Origin: Nitrospirota bacterium
Lineage (GTDB): Bacteria > Nitrospirota > UBA9217
DNA length: 64,000 bases
Direction of reading: 5' to 3'
Assembly: GCA_963818475.1 (NCBI GenBank)
Contig: CAWFSF010000006.1
Coordinates: 1,248,001-1,312,000 of the forward strand
Shown: positions 10,967-19,197 of the stretch, piece after piece
How the letters are laid out: the number at the start of each line of letters is the position of its first letter
How positions within the stretch are numbered: the stretch's first letter is position 1
Translations under genes and position numbers: made by a program
Notes under the pieces: generated by a model
Told to the model about the DNA's origin: nothing
Seen by the model: only the letters and a program-made list of their open reading frames with translations
Databases searched by the model: none

Positions 10967-13675
10967 TCAATTCACCTTCAACGATACAAACGCTGTCTTC
11001 ACTGTGCCGTCATCGAGCGTTGCCTGGATCTGCCACGTCCCTTCGGACAGGCCGTCCGTGCCCAGATTGTAGATGTACTGGTTGTCCGTTGCGTCGTACC
11101 GGAACGTATTCCCCGTGTCCGCGCCGCCCGTAGAAGTAACGTCGATCGGATCGCCCGCGGGCTGGTCGGCAGAGAACAACTGGACCGTGATGGTTGCCGT
11201 TGCCGTGACTAGATACGTCCCGCTCGCGTCAGTGAGCTGGAACTTAACCGGTATGGTGCTCCCCAGCCTGAAGGGCCTGTCGAGGCTGACCGGCGTGAAG
11301 AAGCCGCTGAAGGCGTAGACAACGCTGTACGATGCAGAGGCAGAAGCGGTATTCCCGGCCAGGTCCGAAGCGGTCACGATGTATGTGTATACACCCACGC
11401 CGTTCGCATTTCCGCCCGAGAGCGTAGCATTCTGGCTTGCCACGCCGGAGAGATTGTCCGTTGCCGTATAACCGGGCGTCGGGGCCGCGCCGAGCGTGTA
11501 CGATGCTCCGTCGGTGATGCCGGTAATCGTTATCGCTGGCGGCGTTTTATCTATGCTCACGGATACGCTGTGCGCTGTCTCTGTGTTTCCGGCGTTATCA
11601 ACGGCATAATAGCTTACCGTATGACTGCCGTCCGTGGTCAAACTCACGGGCGCGGAGCTGCCAGCCGCCACGACCTCAGCGCCTCCGTCCACGGTGTAAT
11701 GTATCTCCTTTACGCCTGAGCCTGTGTCGGTAGCAGTCAGCGATATTGCAACGTTAGAGACGTACCAGCCGCTATTGCCGACTGTGCCGCTTATTGAATG
11801 AGTCGTGACCGGCGATTGAGTATCCGCACTGCTATAGCCTTCAAAGACCTGGATTCTGTGATTGTAAGTATCAGCTACAAACACCTTTGCATGGGAATCC
11901 ACAGCTACGCCCATGGGATCGCGGAGCTGACCGTCGCCAATGCCGTATGCTCCGATTCTCCCTAAAAACGTCCCACTGTTGCGAAATACATGTATAGAAT
12001 TATATCCGTAATCAGCTACATACACATTTCCACTTTCATCCACGGATATCCCGCTTGGTGACGCAAATAGATTATACTTATATGTTCCCCATTTTCTCAA
12101 AAAAATCCCTGTACTACTAAAAACCTGCACAGTGCCGTTTCCAATCTCTGTCACATACACATTACCAGTGCTATCTACTGCTATCCCAGCGGGATAATTA
12201 AATTGGCTATCGCCAGAACCTCGTGATCCCCATTTTCTTAGGAATGTTCCTGTATTACTGAAGACCTGTACTCTGTCGTTAACGCATTCTGTCACATACA
12301 CATTTCCACTCCCATCCACTGCTATGCCATATGGGCCAGACAACTGGCCATCGCCAGTTCCATAGGTACCCCACTTTCTCAAGAATGTTCCTGTACTGCT
12401 GAAAACTTGTACATTGTTGTCGCCGATATCTGTTACATACACATTCCCTTGTGAGTCTATGGCTATGCCATTAGGAGAACGAAACTGCCCATTACCAGTG
12501 CCAAACCCACCCCATACTCTTAAGAAGTCTCCTGTTCTGCTGAAAACCTGGATTCTATAATTCTTTGAATCAATAACATATACATTTCCGTTTACATCCA
12601 ACGCTATGCTGCGTGGATATCCAAAGAAACCAAGCCCAGATTGATATGAGTTCCATTTGCTAAGGAACACCCCTGAACTGCTGAAAACCTGCATCCTGGT
12701 GTTCCAAGAATCTGCTACATGCACATTTCCGCCGGAATCCACGGCTATACCTTGAGGATAAGAAAACTGACCATCTCCATTACCCTGTGAACCCCATTTT
12801 CTCAGGAATGTCCCAGTGTTACTAAAAACTGTTATCCTGTTGCTGGTGATATCAGGAACATACACGTTTCCGTATCTATCCACTGCTAATGCTAATGGCC
12901 AATTAAACTGACCATCGCCTGAACCAGGTGCCCCCCATTTCCGCAGGAAAGTCCCTGTGCTGTCGAAAACCTGTATTCTATTGTTGTATGTATCAGCTAC
13001 ATACACATTTCCACTTGAATCCAGTGCCAAGGCCCGAGGATTATAAAACTGACCATCGCCTGAGCCCTTTGTCCCCCATTTTCCCAAGAAGGTCCCTGTG
13101 CTGTCAAAAACCTGTATTCTATTGTTGCTGAAATCGGCCACATACACATGTCCGCTTGAATCAACTGCTATGCCGGATGGACAACTAAACTGACCATCGC
13201 CTGAGCCATATGTCCCCCATTTTCCCAAGAAGGTCCCGGTGCTGTCAAAAACCTGTATTCTACTGTTTCCGAAATCAGCCACATACACATGTCCGTTCCC
13301 ATCAAGGGCTAAACCATTTATAGACTCAAACTGACCGTTTCCTGAACCACGTGTCCCCCATTTTCTAATAAATGTCCCCGTCTTGCTAAAAACATATACG
13401 CTGGAGTTGCCGTCGAATGTATATATATTATCGGCTGAATCCATAGAGATGTCTAAGGGAGTGTAGAAATTATACTCTCCGCCCCACTTATATAGGAAAT
13501 CACCCAAAGCAGCGTGAGCGGGCAAGGCGGTGAAGAGGGTGAATAACAGAATGGTGATCGTGAGAATAAAAAATAGAATATATTTATCGTAGCGCTCTCG
13601 TTTAGCGGGAGCGATCAAGACGTGTTCGTCGGGAGTAAATCCCGACGCTACATTATGGCATGTGCTGGTCATCAT
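10967..13675 (-). CDS. Secreted NHL-repeat beta-propeller protein with Ig-like domains and C-terminal PxKF domain
   Basis: Signal peptide ending ALPAHA. About 12 NHL repeats (P.GIAVD..GNVYVAD..N.RIQVF). DG.HTVSYYAVDNAGN Ig motif, GSTIPVKFQL. Start ATGATG overlaps the upstream stop, with an AGGGGGG RBS. Confidence 0.88.
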   Translation of the reverse strand: MMTSTCHNVASGFTPDEHVLIAPAKRERYDKYILFFILTITILLFTLFTALPAHAALGDFLYKWGGEYNFYTPLDISMDSADNIYTFDGNSSVYVFSKTGTFIRKWGTRGSGNGQFESINGLALDGNGHVYVADFGNSRIQVFDSTGTFLGKWGTYGSGDGQFSCPSGIAVDSSGHVYVADFSNNRIQVFDSTGTFLGKWGTKGSGDGQFYNPRALALDSSGNVYVADTYNNRIQVFDSTGTFLRKWGAPGSGDGQFNWPLALAVDRYGNVYVPDITSNRITVFSNTGTFLRKWGSQGNGDGQFSYPQGIAVDSGGNVHVADSWNTRMQVFSSSGVFLSKWNSYQSGLGFFGYPRSIALDVNGNVYVIDSKNYRIQVFSRTGDFLRVWGGFGTGNGQFRSPNGIAIDSQGNVYVTDIGDNNVQVFSSTGTFLRKWGTYGTGDGQLSGPYGIAVDGSGNVYVTECVNDRVQVFSNTGTFLRKWGSRGSGDSQFNYPAGIAVDSTGNVYVTEIGNGTVQVFSSTGIFLRKWGTYKYNLFASPSGISVDESGNVYVADYGYNSIHVFRNSGTFLGRIGAYGIGDGQLRDPMGVAVDSHAKVFVADTYNHRIQVFEGYSSADTQSPVTTHSISGTVGNSGWYVSNVAISLTATDTGSGVKEIHYTVDGGAEVVAAGSSAPVSLTTDGSHTVSYYAVDNAGNTETAHSVSVSIDKTPPAITITGITDGASYTLGAAPTPGYTATDNLSGVASQNATLSGGNANGVGVYTYIVTASDLAGNTASASASYSVVYAFSGFFTPVSLDRPFRLGSTIPVKFQLTDASGTYLVTATATITVQLFSADQPAGDPIDVTSTGGADTGNTFRYDATDNQYIYNLGTDGLSEGTWQIQATLDDGTVKTAFVSLKVN
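12912..13280. repeat. 141-bp tandem repeat units encoding NHL blades
   Basis: CCATCGCCTGA..CCCCCATTT..GCTGTC.AAAACCTGTATTCTA recurs at 12912, 13053 and 13194. Confidence 0.85.
13589..13651. repeat. REP doublet inside coding sequence
   Basis: GTAGCGCTCTCGTTTAGCGGGAGCG..TTCGTCGGGAGTAAATCCCGACGCTAC, 63 nt. Confidence 0.85.
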
Positions 13676-14087
13676 AGCGTACCCCCCTGAGCTGAAGTCG
13701 CGGGGAATTCGAGCAAATTGCCGTTGCTGTCCGTGCATGTGCCAGCCCAGAAAAGGGGTTGCTTCCTGAATTCAGATTCGTTCAGGAGCATGGGAGTCGT
13801 GATCGTGAAAGGAATCTGTACTTCTGCCTGGGGATTCGAGAGCTGCGATGTTCAAGATTATTTGCTCCGTGCTGATAACCATAAGCGGAACATTGGACAG
13901 GATGACATTGGAGATGCTGCCGGCGTTCAGCGTTCTTGACAGTGAGGTTGTAGCTGAGAGTTACCGAGTCCGTACCCATGGTGTAGCCGGTCAGGGTGTG
14001 ACTCACTGAAACCGGCGGTTCGGCCCATGCCATACTTGCTGGTATGAGCCAGCCTAAAAACAGTAATGCAGCAAATCTTTTCCTCAT
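13672..14087 (-). CDS. Small secreted beta-rich protein (frameshift at ~13925)
   Basis: Signal peptide MRKRFAALLFLGWLIPASMAWA. Continues in another frame to ..PLFWAGTCTDSNGNLLEFPATSAQGGTL*, whose stop overlaps the NHL start. Confidence 0.7.
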
Positions 14088-14164
14088 GTTGCCCCCTTTA
14101 AGATGCAGCATAATGATCGGGCCTTCGGCACGCGCCTGAAGTGCGCTTGCTAATTTGATGTGGG

Positions 14165-14211
14165 ATTGTAAATGATTTTTTGTGCGTTGTCACCTGTCAG
14201 AACTGACAGGT
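14165..14211 (-). promoter_or_regulatory. Promoter with lux-box-like palindrome overlapping the -35
   Basis: ACCTGTCAGAACTGACAGGT at 14192-14211. GTGACA-17-TACAAT on the minus strand. Confidence 0.6.
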
Positions 14212-14249
14212 GCCTTCAGAAAATATTTTTTTCGATTAACGGCTGTTTT

Positions 14250-14362
14250 GTAGCGTCCCCCGTTTATCGGGGGCGGTAGAATCTATTGAAATTCGTCCGG
14301 GATAAACCCGGACGCTACGAAATGCAAAAAATCTGTTCGTCGGGGATGAATCCCGACGTTAT
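14250..14362. repeat. REP doublet plus single REP at the 3' end of the transposase
   Basis: GTAGCGTCCCCCGTTTATCGGGGGCG..TTCGTCCGGGATAAACCCGGACGCTAC (14250-14318) and TTCGTCGGGGATGAATCCCGACGTTAT (14336-14362). Confidence 0.85.
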
Positions 14363-14877
14363 AAATACGACTTCGTAACCTCTTCAAAGCATCTGCTGTA
14401 CGGATAATCCTCGGGGCTCGCGGCTAAACCCTTTCTCACCGGGTTGTTCAAAACGTATTGAATGATTGTTTTCAAATCCTCGCCTGCCCTGATCACATGA
14501 TCATAGGCAGATTTCTGCCAGAGTTTGCTTATGCCGAATCGCTTTCTGAACACCGCTGTTGTCCTGCCTTTGAAGATATTCAGGAACTTCGACAAAGCGA
14601 CGCCCGAATCCCCGGATGAAACGATTACATGCAGGTGGTCCGGCATGAGGCAATAACAGAGCATCTTGTATTCGAGGTCTTGTGCCGCTTTGAAAAATTC
14701 CGCAATTATCGCCTCCGCCTCGACGTCGTGCCCGAATACGGATTTTTTATCGTGAACGCAGATTATCAGATGTACGGGGTGGTCATCGGCATAATCATAA
14801 TCAGGCAAACGATTGACACGGCTCTTGCCCCAGGTTTTGTAATCTTTACCCGACGGTTTTGTCTTGGAATTATTCAT
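14359..14877 (-). mobile_element. REP-associated tyrosine (Y1/HUH) transposase, RAYT/TnpA-REP type
   Basis: YCLMPDHLH HUH motif, LWQKSAYDHVIR, catalytic-Tyr segment QYVLNNPVRKGL..DYPYS. REPs on both sides and no tnpB. Confidence 0.88.
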
Positions 14878-14881
14878 AATC

Positions 14882-15260
14882 GTAGCGCCCTCGTTTATCG
14901 GGGGCGAAAGCATTCGTCGAGATATACAGCATGAACCGTAGCGTCACCGTTTACGGGTACGACTAACACATGATCGGTGTTCGTCGTGGATAAACCCCGA
15001 CGTTATAAAATACTTTTGCGAATGGTAAAGCCAAGGCCTACTATAAGGGTATTCAATCAGGCTTACAATGCCCCGAGCGGGATAGTTTGGGGTAGTGCGG
15101 ATAATAGCAGTTAGTTGCAAAGGCAGTCATGCAGGTCAATAAAAGTCACATTCCAACGTTTCGTAATTAATATAAATAGCACGACACCTGATGTTTTGCG
15201 CCCCCGATAAACGAGGGCGCTACGTACGTAGCCTGTAGCGTCGGAGTCTATCCTCGACGA
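14882..15260. repeat. REP cluster 5' of the transposase
   Basis: REPs at 14882-14906, 14938-15006 (degenerate doublet), 15199-15223 (exact reverse complement of 14882-14906) and 15235-15260. Confidence 0.85.
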
Positions 15261-15396
15261 TCATAATTAGAGTTCTGAAACAGATCCAGATTAATATGTC
15301 AATAAGATTTTGAGATAAGATGAATGAACAACTACGTTGTAGTTTAAAAGGGTGATAAGCAATTAAAGAGCAGTAAAACCGGGGGTGAGGATAGAG

Positions 15397-15435
15397 CTGC
15401 CCTGTCTCCGCTTACAGGCTGAAGAGACAGGGCAG
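15397..15435 (-). terminator. Strong hairpin downstream of the cytochrome gene
   Basis: CTGCCCTGTCTC..GAGACAGGGCAG, a 12-bp perfect stem with a weak U tract. Confidence 0.5.
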
Positions 15436-15463
15436 GTGTAGGACGCAAAAGGGGAAGCCTTAC

Positions 15464-17516
15464 CTATTGATGGCAGCCAGTAACCGTCTGGCAATCCACA
15501 TTTTTATTAGCCGAACCGTGAGCGTACCCCCGGGAGGCAGGTAGGCCCGATACCGATCCTGAAATAAGAGCAGGACCGTTCGCCGGCTCATACCAGTTTC
15601 TATTTAAGTGCGATGCATCGTCTCCCTGCATTACAATCATGCCTTTTCTGTTCCACCCATGCGGTGTGCGGACATGACAATTAACGCAGCGATATGCGAA
15701 TTGCGATGTTGAACTAGAGGTGCTATAGAGGTAGTGCTGCGTATGAAGGTTTGTGCCACCGGTCGTATAAAAACCAGTATTATTTGCTCCACCGCCCGTG
15801 GAATAGGTATTCGGGTCGTGGCATTGAAGGCAAAGCGTGCCGTTTGCGTCATTTGGACTAGTTTTCGGAGTGGCATATTCATCATAATACAGATACGGCA
15901 ATATGTATTTGTTTGTGGAACCGTGTGGGCCCTGAGGCCTGCTTAAGCTTTCTTTCGTGTGGCAGTCAGAACAGTACATGAGCTGGCTGCCAGTGTTCCA
16001 CCCGTTAACCATTGCACCCCAAGTATTGGTGTTGCCGGTGACAACGGGATGGAATGATCCATTAGAATTATTATTATTAAATTCTTTAGACTGGTCCGAC
16101 ATCTGTTGAGAAACTGTGAATGCATTCGGAAAAGTGCCCCCTCCCGATGCAAAATAAGAATGACATTTGAAACAGATTTCGTATTCCTTAACCGGTGTTG
16201 AACCCCAGGTCGTGCTTGATGTCGCGCCGAGTGGTTCAACCGGGCCATATGAAGTGGGTGCGGACCAACTGCCCGAAGGATATCCGCCCGATACACTTAC
16301 ATATGCAACCCCATAAAGCGCACTGGTGGTACTGATCGTGTTCGTCCCCTGCGTATGGACGCCGCTTCCGGCAGTATGAGAATTATGACAATCCGCGCAC
16401 TCTACATGCCATACAGAAGATGACCAGCCATTCTGGGTGCCGGATTTCACTTCGATGGATTTATGTTTATCGTCATAATTGCTATTATTCATATCATGGC
16501 GTGACGTACTGGACAACTCAGGTTTAATCAATCTTCGACCGGAAGGAGCATTGCTACCATGGCATGCAGCTACATTTTGCTGCCCAAATCTGTCATTATC
16601 ATTAAAGCAGCTTGCCTCTTCCTGAAACGACAGCAAGTACTTTCCAGACGTGGGATTCGGAGTTGTAGGATCAGCGGCCGTTACGCCCGACTTGTGCGGA
16701 AAGTGGCAGTTCATACATTTTACATCGCCGACATTGGGACCGTGATTGGCCGGATTGCCGCCGGCAGTGGGCGCCCCGGTCGGCGGAGCATAAGCGACAG
16801 TAGCGGCATCATGTATGCTCCCGCTGAACTCTTCTTTAAGATGGCACAGCAAACAGAGTGCCGAATTCTGATTCGATTTCGACCAGAAAGTTCCCCCACT
16901 GATTGTCATGCGGATTATGGCACGAGGTGCATTCCACATAATCAGAGCCAGCTTTGCTATACAGCTTGATTTGTGGACCGGTTTGAAGTTCAGGATCTTT
17001 ACCCGCGTCATACCGGATAGCAACCGGATGGTCATCGTTAAGATCCCTACCTATATACCCGGCAGCTGCCTGAGGCATCAAATTGGTGCCTGCAGTCCCC
17101 TCCATGGTGATTTCACCTGATTCGACCTTGTTCGGCAGGTTAACCAGGGAGCCCAGCGCAATGGTCCCGTCATGGCACGAGAGGCAGATGCTGGTATTGG
17201 CATGGGTTTTAGGATCATCAGCAGCGTAGTATAACAATCCAGCCATCACGTCGCTGGTGTAGGTGACGTAGGTCTCGAGCGAAGCAGTCTTGTTCCAAAG
17301 CTGGGCCTGGGTGTTGCCGCCGTGAGGAGTGTGGCAGAAAACGCAGATCTCTGTTGTTCCACTTGTAGCGTCAGAAATGGACTTGATGGAGCCGGTTCCG
17401 CTCGTTGAAAGGTTATGCTTTGAATTCTGGACCTTTACCGGCGCTGCATTGGTCAGCCATGCGGCCCACAGGGTCAGGAAAGAGAATAGAATAATGAATA
17501 AAACAAAACGTTTCAT
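15464..17516 (-). CDS. Secreted multiheme c-type cytochrome, ~683 aa, with OmcE-like N-terminal tetraheme domain (one frameshift at ~16878)
   Basis: Signal peptide. Motifs CVFCH, CLSCH, CTSCH, CLLCH, CMNCH, CADCH, CFKCH, CSDCH, CLQCH, CVNCH plus CX14CH and CX5CH. The two ORF-track pieces join on removing one A. Confidence 0.88.
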
Positions 17517-17549
17517 GCGATCACCTCATCGATCATGGTCCGGGGCTCC

Positions 17550-18599
17550 TCAGTTGGCTTGCTGCAGGTACTGAAACATCTGAACGCGGTAGTTGTAACT
17601 GTCCGCGACATATAAACGGTCCTTGCTGTCAAGGTAGAGCCCGGCCGGTATATCGAACTCACCGGCGCCGATGCCGTTCCGTCCGAAAATGAGGAGCAGC
17701 CGTCCGTCACGGTCGAATATCTGCACGCTGTTCCTGACGCCGTCCGATACCCAGATGTGCCCCTCACTGTCCACGGCAATGCCTTTCGGCTTTATAAATG
17801 ACCCGATGGCCGTGCCGGTACTGCCGAATCCGGTCAGGTGCTTTCCCGTCTTATCGAATATCTGCACGCGGAAATTAAGCGCATCCATGACATAGAGGTC
17901 GCCGGCCTTGTCGACCGCAATATGGGTCGGGTAGTTGAACTCACCGCTCCCGGTTCCCCTTTTGCCGAAGGAGCCGGTCTTTTTTCCTTCGAGGTCATAG
18001 ATGTCGACGCGATGTCCCGTGGTATCCACGACGTAGAGCAGCTTTTCCTTTTTATTGATCGCAATGCCCGTAGGCCTGAGCATGCTGTCATCGCCGATGA
18101 TACGTTTGTTCTTTCTGCCGCTGTACACGAAGACCCTGCGCAGCGCTGAATCAGTAATATAGAGCAGGCCATCGGCGTCCAGTGCCGCGCCGATGGGAGA
18201 AGCAAGCGGCCCCATTTTGGTCATGTTGAACTTGTCGTATTTCTTTTTCTCAAAATCAAAGAAATGGATGCATGCCCCGCCCCAGTCAGCGACATAAACC
18301 TTGCCCTCACCGTCGGCCACCAGGCCGTGAGGCGACACGATGCGGTCAACCGTATCCTCGCCGGCGATGAATTCCCACACCCGGGCAAAAAATCCCTTCT
18401 TAATACCGAGGTCCTGGGGTGTTATGATCGTTCTGATGAATTGTACACGGGGCTTTTCAGGTGCGAGTGGCCACACCCACGGCTGGGCTGATGCCTGCGG
18501 CTGGGAATTGACAGCGCCCTGAACGGGCAATGCCGGGGAGACGATCGCGAACGCAAGAGCAAGAGCACATGCGGTTATGAAGAGCTGATATTTTTTCAT
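17550..18599 (-). CDS. Secreted six-bladed NHL beta-propeller protein
   Basis: Signal peptide, VWPLAPEKPRVQF motif, six NHL repeats. TTGACT-17-TATAAC at 18615-18643 just upstream. Confidence 0.88.
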   Translation of the reverse strand: MKKYQLFITACALALAFAIVSPALPVQGAVNSQPQASAQPWVWPLAPEKPRVQFIRTIITPQDLGIKKGFFARVWEFIAGEDTVDRIVSPHGLVADGEGKVYVADWGGACIHFFDFEKKKYDKFNMTKMGPLASPIGAALDADGLLYITDSALRRVFVYSGRKNKRIIGDDSMLRPTGIAINKKEKLLYVVDTTGHRVDIYDLEGKKTGSFGKRGTGSGEFNYPTHIAVDKAGDLYVMDALNFRVQIFDKTGKHLTGFGSTGTAIGSFIKPKGIAVDSEGHIWVSDGVRNSVQIFDRDGRLLLIFGRNGIGAGEFDIPAGLYLDSKDRLYVADSYNYRVQMFQYLQQAN

Positions 18600-18639
18600 G
18601 ACCGGATGCGGACAGTTATAACATTCCTTCCCCGTGAAG

Positions 18640-18945
18640 TCAACCCAGAAGCGCAGTGGGGTGCTGCGATCCTTCCTCATGCTGATGGCGGGGATGATTA
18701 GGATTCTCCAGGACCCGGTCGATCGCTTCCACCACGGCTGACTCCACCATCACCCAGGGAGAACCGACTTCCCCGTCGTGGTCGATCTCGACATAGTAGT
18801 GAGGGGGAAGGTAGTTCAGCGCGATCGCCGCTATATCGTTCACGCAGCGCGGGCAACCGCAGACATTCTTATAGCGCTCATTAAGATATTTGCCCATCAC
18901 GGCAACTACGCGCTCATAATTTGCATTTGTTACTTTACAGTCCAT
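18640..18945 (-). CDS. ComFB-family protein
   Basis: N..E..V, CGCPRCVNDIAAIALNYLPPHY, V..AI..V..NP.H signature. Confidence 0.85.
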   Translation of the reverse strand: MDCKVTNANYERVVAVMGKYLNERYKNVCGCPRCVNDIAAIALNYLPPHYYVEIDHDGEVGSPWVMVESAVVEAIDRVLENPNHPRHQHEEGSQHPTALLG

Positions 18946-18983
18946 TGATCACCCAGTAATAAAATTTTTCTACTGAATTAATT

Positions 18984-19038
18984 TGCAATAAACATACCAA
19001 GCTTGCATCGGTTTTTTTCTTTATATATCAATGAATTG
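18984..19038 (-). promoter_or_regulatory. sigma54 -24/-12 promoter with IHF site
   Basis: Minus-strand TGGTAT-GTTTA-TTGCA (GG-N10-GC) at 18984-18999. TATCAA-TGAA-TTG (WATCAAN4TTR) at 19026-19038. Confidence 0.7.
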
Positions 19039-19197
19039 AATGACATATTCATAGAACTGTAAACTCTTATTTTGAGCGATTATGAGCATTGAGCGAAAAC
19101 CACCATTTTATAAATAATTCATACTAGTGAATCAACCCCGATAAGCTACTTTGATAACCATTGTGTTTGTCCATAACTTAGGCTATACTTTCTCGCT

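Noticed and set aside
11840-13400. Diversity-generating retroelement TR/VR pair
   Set aside because: The repeats are in-frame 141-bp NHL units whose differences are not confined to adenines, and there is no reverse transcriptase.
14359-14877. IS200/IS605 element with TnpB
   Set aside because: No tnpB is adjacent. Multiple dispersed REPs and the YDHVIR/NPV motifs fit RAYT better.
9906-15260. CRISPR array or integron attC sites
   Set aside because: The repeats are irregularly spaced GTAG-footed hairpin pairs without unique equal-length spacers or RYYYAAC/GTTRRRY ends. There is no cas or intI gene.
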